Below are positions 18,718-28,185 of a DNA stretch of 42,601 bases, piece after piece (position 1 is the stretch's first letter; each line of letters starts with the position of its first letter). The translations under genes and the position numbers were made by a program. This stretch comes from Trichomonas gallinae (lineage: Eukaryota), in the NCBI GenBank assembly GCA_008369845.1, contig MRSU01010994.1, forward strand, positions 1 to 42,601, in the 5' to 3' direction. The notes below the pieces were generated by a model. The model had not been told where the DNA came from. It made no database searches and was given only the letters and a program-made list of their open reading frames with translations.

Positions 18718-18940
18718 ATTTACATGACATATTTTCAAAATTACACAACAAAATTTCCTCAATTTGATATATTTACATGTCAAAGCATCAAATTACACAA
18801 CAAAACTATATATTACATGTCAAATTTAAAACATTAGATATCAAATAAATAATTTTACAAGACATTTAAATTAAATTTACATATCAAAATTATACAAATT
18901 GAAATAATTACATGGCATTTTATCAAATTTACATGCCAAA
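18718..18940. promoter_or_regulatory. Cluster of TTACAT(G/A)NCA motifs with a repeated AAATTACACAACAAAA spacer
   Basis: TTACATGACA ~18720, TTACATGTCA ~18773 and ~18813, TTACATATCA ~18877, TTACATGGCA ~18908 and TTACATGCCA ~18929. AAATTACACAACAAAA occurs twice (~18738, ~18790). Confidence 0.55.
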
Positions 18941-19045
18941 ATTTTATATTTGTTGATTTTTATAAAAATCAAATCCATGTATTAGATAGATTCCAAAAAT
19001 CGAGAAAATTTCGAGTTTGCTAATTTTTTTGCCCTCTCACTTTTT

Positions 19046-21448
19046 ATGGAAAGGGACCAACTTCTAAACTTATTTCAGCCTTTTTCTCTTCCGTGCTCAA
19101 CCAAGCCGACAGTGGAAGATGGAATAATTCAGAATGTGTGGGATTCTGTCCTTAATATTGTATTTCAAGATACAAAACTTTACTTTTCGATGTTTCCTTA
19201 CTTAGTTGACTTCTCAAAACAGGTCACAAAGTTCACTGAATCAAATCCAAGTCTCGTTCATGAAAAAATCGAAAAATTAAATCCGGAATTACCAGAAGAA
19301 GAATTGATTTCTTTAATTAGATCTCTATATTCGATTCTTCCATTCTTTACTCCACAAAATATAACAGATATTATCGAAAAATCAATTGCAATTCTCAAAA
19401 AATATCTCAATGAAAAACAGGATATTCCAAATGACATAATAGATGGAATGAATCTCGCAGAAGTCGGATTACTATCAAATCAGAGCCTCACAGACGTTTA
19501 TCAAACATTACGTAAATATAATAATACAGAAAACGATTCTGCTGCTTTTATTTTACTTCAGTTATTTGCACAAGATATAATTGATGTCGAAGAAGAAGCA
19601 GAAGAAGAATTATTGAAACAATCAATCGATTATTTGAAAAAAGATAAAATTCATCAGCTTGTTGCCTTATTCATGCTTCCAAAGCTCGATGGAATTATAG
19701 AAGAAGACTCGAAATTAACAAATGAGTTGTTCACAACATTGCTTCCATTCTTTATTTCGAAAGATGAATCATTATTCAGAGTTTCTCATAAATCAATGTT
19801 AAAACTTATTAAAGTCGGTGCATTCTCCGAAAAACTCAAAGTTGTAGAAATTATCAAACAGTATTCGAAATATTCACCCGAAAATATTATTCATTTCTTC
19901 AAATTCCTTATTAAATACTTAGATGATATAGAATCAGTACCGATGAACGTTGTGCAGCCAATTTATGACTTTTTAGGTCTCACAGCTCAAGCAAAAGATC
20001 CAACAACTCGCGCTTTAGTTCTGGAGACATATGCGATGCTTGCTGCAGTAAACAAGGATGTACTCGAGGAGACATTCGAACAGGAGCTCGATGTAGCAGC
20101 AGAACTCCTTAAAACAGGAAATTCGTTATATCTCAGTAAAATCGGTAGCTACGTCTTAGCTCTTGGAAAAACATATCCAGAAACTTTCAAGAGAATTCTC
20201 GACGAATTTTTGCCGCAATTGGTTGACTCATTGAAAGATATTGGAAATTCAGACGAAAGAAAGTACAAACTTGATTTAGCTCAGTCCGTTGCAGCCTCTG
20301 TTGAAGGGGGAAACTACCCACAGTTCGTTTCCACGATTGTGGAGTTTACAACAAAAATATTGCCAACAATTTCAGGAAGTCAGATATTATACATCGCATC
20401 CATTGCCATTGGCTTACGCAAGCAGTTGACAGCCGAACAAGCCACAGAGATCTTCGAAAAAGTTTTCGAATTCGCACTCAAAACAGAAGTTTCGTCAAGT
20501 TTGAACGTCTGCCTTCACGTGATGAAGAAGATTCTTCACCTTGTCAAGCCAGATATTGTTGTCGGCGCTGCTGACAGAATTCTCAAAGGTGAGCTGTTTT
20601 ATTCGATGAAATTGACTCCCAATTATATCGGGGACCCAAAGACGATGATTTTCTACTTCATCGCAGCCGTCATCAAGAAGATACCTGCTCACGCTGTTTC
20701 CATCGCCGAAACAGTTGTTTCATACGTCATGAACACGAGGACAGCTTTGTTACCAGCTCTTCTTGAAGCTGTTAAAGCTTCCGCAAATGTTGTTAAGCCG
20801 GAGACACTCAAAGCTTTATACAAGAATGTCAACGAGCTGATGCTGCACACTAACATCAAAGAGGAGGAAGAGTACTGCTCTGTGGTTGACACAATGATTG
20901 TCCTCGTCGAGAAGCAACCGACCTCTGTTGATGGAGAAGACGTCATCAGAACAGCTACAAAGATGCTTGCGAGATGCCACGGAGTCAAAGACGAAGACGA
21001 GGCTAATGATAATGAAGAAGACGAAGAAGAGGACGACTACGATGTTGTTGACAACACAGAGGTTTTGCCGACATTGTCAAGACTCGTTTTCACTGTTTTC
21101 TTGTCGAAGGAACTCAACGTCGAAATCAAGAAGGACTTGATTGCAGGCGTTCTCGAAGATGTTCCAGCTGAGTCTATGAACTCTGTTCTTCCTCTCATTC
21201 TCGCAATGATGCGCGAACAAGACCGCTTCAAGACTGTTTTGCTTCCTTTAGCTAAGACTGTCGTCGGACTCCTCTTCATGCAGAAGAGGGACCTCCAGGA
21301 GCTCGGCTTAAGCGACGAACTCATTGACGAGGCAAAGGCCGCATTCAAGGAGACATGTAAGAAGAATACACTCATAGAGAGGCAGATTTCCAAGGATTAT
21401 GCGAAAGAAAGGCCAAAACTCAATAAGCTTAAGACATTATTGAAATAA
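19046..21448 (+). CDS. HEAT/ARM-repeat solenoid protein (possibly a divergent karyopherin-like protein)
   Basis: 800-aa all-helical leucine-rich ORF with an acidic loop DEDEANDNEEDEEEDDYD. Initiator TCACT at 19037. Confidence 0.75.
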   Translation: MERDQLLNLFQPFSLPCSTKPTVEDGIIQNVWDSVLNIVFQDTKLYFSMFPYLVDFSKQVTKFTESNPSLVHEKIEKLNPELPEEELISLIRSLYSILPFFTPQNITDIIEKSIAILKKYLNEKQDIPNDIIDGMNLAEVGLLSNQSLTDVYQTLRKYNNTENDSAAFILLQLFAQDIIDVEEEAEEELLKQSIDYLKKDKIHQLVALFMLPKLDGIIEEDSKLTNELFTTLLPFFISKDESLFRVSHKSMLKLIKVGAFSEKLKVVEIIKQYSKYSPENIIHFFKFLIKYLDDIESVPMNVVQPIYDFLGLTAQAKDPTTRALVLETYAMLAAVNKDVLEETFEQELDVAAELLKTGNSLYLSKIGSYVLALGKTYPETFKRILDEFLPQLVDSLKDIGNSDERKYKLDLAQSVAASVEGGNYPQFVSTIVEFTTKILPTISGSQILYIASIAIGLRKQLTAEQATEIFEKVFEFALKTEVSSSLNVCLHVMKKILHLVKPDIVVGAADRILKGELFYSMKLTPNYIGDPKTMIFYFIAAVIKKIPAHAVSIAETVVSYVMNTRTALLPALLEAVKASANVVKPETLKALYKNVNELMLHTNIKEEEEYCSVVDTMIVLVEKQPTSVDGEDVIRTATKMLARCHGVKDEDEANDNEEDEEEDDYDVVDNTEVLPTLSRLVFTVFLSKELNVEIKKDLIAGVLEDVPAESMNSVLPLILAMMREQDRFKTVLLPLAKTVVGLLFMQKRDLQELGLSDELIDEAKAAFKETCKKNTLIERQISKDYAKERPKLNKLKTLLK

Positions 21449-22010
21449 GAAATAGAATTTTTTTACTAATAAAGATCTTTTTTATATTTTTCTTTTCGGT
21501 TTTTTATTTACACATGAATATTATTTATTTTGAGAAAGGCCAAGTTGAAAGAAACTGCAGCAATCTTGACAAAACATTACGAAATATCATAGCGTTGTAT
21601 TTCAATTGAGAAACATTTAAACACGTTTCCTAGCTGAAATCACATTAGTCATCTCCCATTCTCAGTGGCTTTAAGTTACTCACTGACTTATTGGCCTCTT
21701 TGAGACTAAGAGTTGATCAAAATCGTATTATTTGAAGTGCTATAATTCGATGCATCCCTAGAATACTTATGTTGTCTTTGCATGTCAAAAATCTGCTAAT
21801 ATAGGCTACTCTTGTTGAGTATTGCAGAAATCATTATATTTGAATGCTGCAGAAAAACATAGAAAGATTTGACAAATAAATTTATTGTTGACAAAAATTA
21901 TACAACAAAGGGGCCGAAAAATTTTAATAGGGTCATATAAAAAGTGAAGTACGATTATTTTGAAAAAAAAAGAGGCAACTTCCTCGAGGAATCTATAGAC
22001 AAAAAGATTA

Positions 22011-22859
22011 ATGTCCGATTTAATCTTTTCTTGTTCGACAGACAATCCAAAATTCCTTGCACAGGCGTTGCAGGCCATTGCATGGAAGGAGGAGGAAGAC
22101 CAGTTATGCTCAGCCAGCGTTTCTAATGATGGAATTTTGATTTTGACTGAAGATACATCGACAATACAAGCAAGTGTCCTATTAAGATCAGGCTTATTCC
22201 AGAATTATGCCCTTGTTCGTGAAGAAAACTTCGAATTCAGAATGAATCTAACAAAATTCATCAATTGCATTAAGCTATTCGCAGAGACTGCAACAGAATT
22301 AGAAATAAGATCAAGGAGTGACGCGGAGATTCAAATAGAAATCACAGACGGCACTTCTACAACAAATTGCACATTACGAACATTATATTACCCTGCTGCT
22401 CAAGTGAACAGCATGACTCTTTCCAAGGCTTTTTCAGCTCCGGATTCAGTAGAAGTCGCTTCTTTCATGATTCGATCCTCGATTGTGAAAGAAATGTTTA
22501 TTCTACCTGAAGCTTCAATGAAGAATACAGTACCAGTTAAGATGGTTATTGACGCAGTCGCCAGACTGTTCGAAGTCCAAATGGAAGGACCTTTCGGAAC
22601 TGTGCGTTCCACAATGGATTTCGGTTTACTCATGGCCCAGAGACCAAAGTTTGACCTATGCGAACCACTGGAAGCGAGTTATCCAATATCATCGCTTTTA
22701 CCAGTATTGAAAGCAATGGACTTATCATCAGATACAAGCTTCAAATTCAAAGGGAATGGTATGTTGTCCATACAGCAAGCTATATCCAACCAAACGGTTG
22801 GTGATGTTGGCACAGTTGTTGAATTTATTCTCCAACCACTTGAAGATAACAATTTGTGA
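22011..22859 (+). CDS. RAD1: Rad1/Rec1/Rad17 subunit of the 9-1-1 checkpoint clamp
   Basis: PCNA-fold pattern: FLAQALQAIAW, VSNDGILILTED..IQASVLL...LFQNY, FRMNLTKFINCIKLF, GPFGT, Y....L.PVLKAM..S, GMLSIQ, VEFILQP. Confidence 0.85.
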   Translation: MSDLIFSCSTDNPKFLAQALQAIAWKEEEDQLCSASVSNDGILILTEDTSTIQASVLLRSGLFQNYALVREENFEFRMNLTKFINCIKLFAETATELEIRSRSDAEIQIEITDGTSTTNCTLRTLYYPAAQVNSMTLSKAFSAPDSVEVASFMIRSSIVKEMFILPEASMKNTVPVKMVIDAVARLFEVQMEGPFGTVRSTMDFGLLMAQRPKFDLCEPLEASYPISSLLPVLKAMDLSSDTSFKFKGNGMLSIQQAISNQTVGDVGTVVEFILQPLEDNNL

Positions 22860-23046
22860 TTTTAAACATGATGTTTGTTTTATATTTTTGCAATGCATAT
22901 TTTTTCGAAACGAATCATTATGAGTTCACTAATACTATTATATCGAAATATGAAAAAAATCTGTTTTAAAATTAAATCGATATAAACTGCATATTTATAT
23001 ACCATATAACTGAAATTCTAATCCGTCAAAATTCATAATATAAAAC

Positions 23047-24423
23047 TTAAAGCCTATCGAGGGTAGAATCTTGTGTACATGTAAAGCCGTTGAACTGATT
23101 CTGTGTGTCAGCGCCAATAAGAGAGCCATCTTCGAATGAAACACCAGCGGTTTCGTGTGTAAACTCTTCGTCGAACAAAGATGTATCTGTTGCATTCTTT
23201 ATCTTTGGTTTCCACTCTGGCTTTGTCTTCTTGTTGAAGACATTCTCCCAGTTGAGAGATGCGAAGAATGGATGAGCCTTGACGTCTTCGTAATCATTCG
23301 GTCCTGCGCCTAGACGAGCCTCAGGATTACGATTGAGAAGCTGACTAATAAGGCTTCTGGCGTCGTGGCTAACATGGCTTGGATAGCGAACTTCGTCACG
23401 AAGAATTGAGCGATACATTTGATTTGTATTTTCATCGTAGAATGGCGGGAGGCCTGTAAGCATTTCGTAAATGATGATACCGTATGACCACCAGTCAACG
23501 GCCTTTGTATATGGAAGACGTTGAAGCATTTCTGGAGCAATATATTCTGGAGTACCGCAGAAAGTACTTGTGGTGCCCATATCTGTATTCTTGGCAAGAC
23601 CGAAGTCAGTGATCTTAAGGTGGCCCTCGCCATCGACGAGAATATTTTCTGGCTTAAGATCGCGATAGATAAAACCAAGTTTGTGGAGATAACCAAGACC
23701 GAGGCAGATTTCTGCAGCATAAAGGCGAACGCGATTTTCTGAGAATAAAGATTCCTCCTTAAGACGTCCGAAAAGTTCACCGCCTGGAACATAGTCCAAA
23801 ACCATGAAGATTTTCGCATCTGTCTGGAATGTATAGTGAGCGCAAACGAGGAATGGGTGCCTTGTTGTAAGGAGAACGTTTCTTTCGGTGATTGTTTGTT
23901 CGACTTGATCTGATTCTTGCAAAAGGCGCTTAGACATTGTTTTAAGAGCAAAGAGCTTTCCTGTCTCCTTCTCCTTGACAAGCTGAACCTTGCCGTATGT
24001 GCCACGACCCAAAACGCCAAGAACCTGGAAATCTTCCATTGAAACTTTCTTAGTTGGAGCACCTCCATTTTCGCCGGGAGGTGGAGACTTTTGGACTGGG
24101 ACACCGGCTTTCGGTATTCTCCTGTTCTTGGATGCATTTATGGCAGCCGTTATTACAGATACCCATTCATTTACTTCGGCTTGAGATTCTGGAACGACAT
24201 AGTAAGTACGTCCCGATGTAACTATTTTAAGTGCTGGTTGTTTTTTGCAATCTGGTGCTGGAGAGACTGTAACCGTCGGGTCGAGAGGGATTCTGCCGTG
24301 CTCGCTACCATCTGGTTTGTCGTAGTAGACTAACCAGTCGTCAGTCAAGACAAAATACCTCTTCTTCCAGGTTTTAATCATTCCACCTTGTTTAATTGCC
24401 CATCCAGTTTTATACACAGACAT
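23047..24423 (-). CDS. AKT: PH-domain AGC kinase (AKT/PKB-like)
   Basis: PH domain (KTGWAIKQGGMIKTWKKRYFVL), GRGTYGKV, YRDLKPEN, DFG, TFCGTPEY and an AGC tail FDEEFT...FNGFT. Confidence 0.93.
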   Translation of the reverse strand: MSVYKTGWAIKQGGMIKTWKKRYFVLTDDWLVYYDKPDGSEHGRIPLDPTVTVSPAPDCKKQPALKIVTSGRTYYVVPESQAEVNEWVSVITAAINASKNRRIPKAGVPVQKSPPPGENGGAPTKKVSMEDFQVLGVLGRGTYGKVQLVKEKETGKLFALKTMSKRLLQESDQVEQTITERNVLLTTRHPFLVCAHYTFQTDAKIFMVLDYVPGGELFGRLKEESLFSENRVRLYAAEICLGLGYLHKLGFIYRDLKPENILVDGEGHLKITDFGLAKNTDMGTTSTFCGTPEYIAPEMLQRLPYTKAVDWWSYGIIIYEMLTGLPPFYDENTNQMYRSILRDEVRYPSHVSHDARSLISQLLNRNPEARLGAGPNDYEDVKAHPFFASLNWENVFNKKTKPEWKPKIKNATDTSLFDEEFTHETAGVSFEDGSLIGADTQNQFNGFTCTQDSTLDRL

Positions 24424-25131
24424 TTTAAATTAGTTTTTTGAACGATAGGATATTTCAGAAGTTTATATTTTAAAAAGAAAATCTTTGCTTTTAGACTTAG
24501 ATCCTCGTAAAAGCCCCAAATACAAAAAATTTCTCTTTTTAAATAAGGGCAATCAAAAAGGGAAAAATAAAAAAGGTATTTTTCCCATAATTATTCGATT
24601 CGATATCACATTCCAATAACACACAAATGTGAGATGACATATTTTAAGAATTCTGAGAAAACGATTTGACACTTTTGCGTAGTTTCTTTTCAATGCTTTT
24701 TTATAATGATGATATAAAAATTTGGAAAAATAAATCATTTTTTTAATTTTTTCATTTGAGAAAGAACTTTTTTGATCAAAATTCCTTATTATCTAGCATC
24801 TATTTGGCTCATAACGATCTTATTTTAGTTTAAGGTTATTTATTGAGCTCATTGCGTTGCGACCAAAATAGGATCAAAAATTATGCTAACGCTTCTGGGT
24901 TGTATATTTATTTCGGATTATAATCTCGAATAAATAATGTCCCTTTTATAATTTGAATTGTAAATTAAATAATCAAAAATATATGTCATGTAATCACCCA
25001 TACGACAAAGATTTTATTTAATTTGACAAATAAAAATAATACTTTTGACATATAAAACAAAATATTGACATGTAAACAAATTTACCAAAAATTTGCGACA
25101 TGTAATCATCCTAACAAAATTTAAAAGTGAC

Positions 25132-26150
25132 ATGAGAAAAACGCATCCTGCAACTCCATATAACGTTTCAAACTCCTAGATGCTAGTGCATGCATATAGA
25201 GAAGGAGATGCAGAATAATTTTGCCGTAGAATGTTTTTTCTCGATTGAAGTTATTGTCACGATATTTTGATTTTTTGTCGATACTCATTAAAATCCTTCA
25301 TACTTCTACTGTGAGTTCCTAAGGGACTCACAGGATATTTGGTGTCAACAAAGTATATCAATAAAATTAAATAAATAACGTTGAGATCCATCCCAAATCT
25401 GTACTCCAAATCCAGCTCATTACAAACACCAAGAATATGCTAGCTAGATTTTCAGCCGTGCGTTTTCTGTCAAGATTCGAAATTTAAATAAAACGTTATG
25501 CTTACAGAATGGGAAAATTGCCAAGGGGTTTGTATATTTGTAGTGTATACGCTTATATTACAACTAATTCAAATGAATCTGAACGTTATTTTTACATCTA
25601 GAATATTTTCTAAATTTTAGGATTACGATTTCAATTAATATATCTGCTATAATGATTTAAACTCAACATTTACATCTCAATTTTGTCAATACAACTTACA
25701 TAATTCATGTAACTTATCGACAGCAACATTTTTACCAGATAATACAAATAATGCATATGACTGTCTGCAATATGTTACTCTTAAACAATTCATAATGCTG
25801 CAATTATGATACGATATTCTTAGTATTTGCTTCAATGTACCACTAACCACAGATATTCATACATTCGTATAAAGATTATATTTTATTCATTAAACACGAC
25901 TTCTGATGAAAATTTTTTTTAAAACAAATTATCTCCAAAACAAACGTACGGCGAGGAAAGTTACCGTTAGAGTTCATGTTCCCCTATACCATATGTATCC
26001 AACGAGCATGGTTTCGAGTCGATTTGATAAGATGGAGGAAGTTCCTCCTCTTTAGATGCGTCAATCCTGGTTTTCCCCATACTCGAGTATGAGCAGATAT
26101 GTACCCATTGATAAATTTTATAGGGGCCCAACAAGTTTCCCTCCACTCAA
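25132..26150 (+). pseudogene. Heavily decayed gene remnant, possibly an Ig-like/Bap-like repeat surface protein
   Basis: Protein-like fragments in shifting + frames: HAYREGD, GTHRIFGV, VEIHPKSVLQIQL, GKLPRGLYICSVYAY and KQTY-RG-KVTVRVHV...SRFD. There are many stops, and a TGACATGTAA/AAAGTGAC promoter-like cluster precedes the region. Confidence 0.35.
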
Positions 26151-26248
26151 TTTTCAAAAAAACTTCGTTTTATAATTTGATTTTTATGACATGTAAAGCA
26201 ATTATTTGACACATAAATTTATTTTTTTGACAAGTAGAATCATATATT

Positions 26249-27136
26249 ATGGGCGAGACTCAAAAACAAGAAGAGACAGTTACACTCTTACCACAGTACG
26301 AAGATATCAACGCAGTTAATGATGCTCTCTTTACTATGTCCAATTCTAGTGGCCTCAGTATCAAATACTCAGGTAAAGCAAAATATGATATTCCATATTT
26401 TGTTGCTGGAAATCTCAAGCCATTAAAATTATCTATTGTTCCAACATCAGAGACTGATGTAGCAATTGTTCCAAATCCAATTCGCTCTCTTGCATTTGGC
26501 TTGCAAAAAAATATTTCAGATTTTGATATCAGCGCCCAATTATCAACGGATATGGTTGATACCTCAGTTGTTACATCGCCTTCACCGTTTGTTACTGCAA
26601 AAGCTGGATTCCTTACGAACTTCCAGATGTGGAATGCTTACGCTTTTGCAATTTTCAGGCAGCCATGGTCAAACTACTGTGTGAGCTTCTCTACATCGGA
26701 ATTAAAGAAGCCTGAGCTTCAATCTGCTTCCGCTGTTATCGGTTCATCGAAATACAACGTCGGATTGCAATATGTTCCTGGAGATCAGTCATCTAACATC
26801 TCAGTCATGTCATTCATCAATCTCGAAAAGTACAAACTCCATTTCATTTCGAATTTAAATAATTATAAGATTCGTTTGTCGAATCAATTCAAGCCAAATC
26901 TTACTATTGGCGCACAGATACGCGTTAACAGAGTCCCTCTGTATGGCGCATTGGATATTTCTTATATTTATAAGAATAATGATTCACAAGTGCACACAAT
27001 CTTATCATCAAACGGAACAGTCTATTCTGAGCTTACTAGAAAGTTGAATGAAAAGTGTTCACTTAAAGTTAATTGCGCATTAAATCATTTCGAGGCTGAT
27101 TACACATTCGGTGTTGACCTTTCTATCGATCAATAA
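26249..27136 (+). CDS. TOM40: Tom40-family eukaryotic porin (probable hydrogenosomal outer-membrane translocase paralog)
   Basis: N-terminal LPQYEDIN helix, alternating beta-strand pattern, and C-terminal LNHFEADYTFGVDLSI beta-signal. 295 aa; initiator TCATA at 26240. Confidence 0.78.
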   Translation: MGETQKQEETVTLLPQYEDINAVNDALFTMSNSSGLSIKYSGKAKYDIPYFVAGNLKPLKLSIVPTSETDVAIVPNPIRSLAFGLQKNISDFDISAQLSTDMVDTSVVTSPSPFVTAKAGFLTNFQMWNAYAFAIFRQPWSNYCVSFSTSELKKPELQSASAVIGSSKYNVGLQYVPGDQSSNISVMSFINLEKYKLHFISNLNNYKIRLSNQFKPNLTIGAQIRVNRVPLYGALDISYIYKNNDSQVHTILSSNGTVYSELTRKLNEKCSLKVNCALNHFEADYTFGVDLSIDQ

Positions 27137-28185
27137 AGATATTATTGTTTTTGTAACTTTATCAGTTTATTATCATATTTTTTTGTTAATTTTAATCTTT
27201 TTCTGATGAGCTTTGCTTTATTTGGCTTGTCATATTCTACATTCAAATGAATGATTTTCAAAATTTAAAGCTTCTATTTATCAATTTAATTTTCTTAAAA
27301 AATTTTTATTTGAATTTCATAATACAAGTATATGGATCCTCATGCAAATGGATAGTATTGTCTTATTAACAATATATTAGTTATTATAGGCATTAAATTG
27401 AATTCTCATATTTAGCATTAATTTGATGATTTTACATACGCAACTAGGTCAATTTCATATAATATAACATTGTTTAATGATAACATTTGATCAACACATT
27501 CATTTAGATATTGATTCTACATTTTTTGAGAAATCTGCCTAAAACATACAAGAAAAGAACCTTATGATGTCATAATTACTAATGTGATGCAATTATAGTA
27601 TTAGATGCTTTACAAGTCATGGTTCATTATATCATGTTTGTTTTTGACGTTTTTCAAATGCTATATGTTCCATAAATAAATATATACAGAAAACACACTA
27701 TAATACTTGTGGTATTTTTATAACAACCAGTTGAATTTGCTAAAATTTTATTATATACTCAACATGTTCTTACAACAACAAAAATATATCATACTCAAAC
27801 GTTTATATATTACTATATCGCAAAACTATTGTTGTTGAAAGAATGATTTTGATATATTTATAATGAACATGAATTTATCATATATACATAATAGAGTTTT
27901 CTATTCGCAGTTAATAATAATTAATATGCATGAAAACAATTGTAATAATCATGTCATTTCTCATGGAAATCAAAGAATTGAATTTTACATGAAATTTTTT
28001 TTGTCATCAAAGCATAAAATAAAGAATTTTCTTGTAAACCAAAAGAATTCATCAAAAATATGCACATTTACAAGTTTTTACTCGAGATTTCGCAAAGATT
28101 TTATTAATTTCATGATATTATTTATCAATAAAATGTATTTAACACGAAAAACAAAAAATTTTGGAGATTCAATTTTCAAAAAAAA

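Noticed and set aside
23310..24137. 275-aa same-strand overlapping ORF inside AKT
   Set aside because: It lies in the +1 frame of a strongly codon-biased gene, where scarce NTA codons remove most stops. The S/L/Q-rich product has no recognisable motifs.
24794..24888. Imperfect hairpin GATCTTATTTTAGT / ACCAAAATAGGATC upstream of AKT
   Set aside because: A 12/14 match in AT-rich DNA, plausible by chance with no other support.
25823..25852. Intron-like GTATTT...ACTAACCACAG (30 nt)
   Set aside because: One base short of the Trichomonas ACTAACACACAG 3' motif. Splicing from the nearest upstream ATG gives an immediate stop, so no ORF is restored.
25952..26135. RNase P/MRP RNA (GAGGAAAGTT ... ATAGGGGCCCA)
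   Set aside because: The CR-I-like and CR-V-like words are not complementary to each other as a P4 pseudoknot, and there is no room for P2/P3.
27203..27260. CTGATGAG hammerhead or C-box-like word
   Set aside because: No stem II with GAAA and no D box at a suitable distance.
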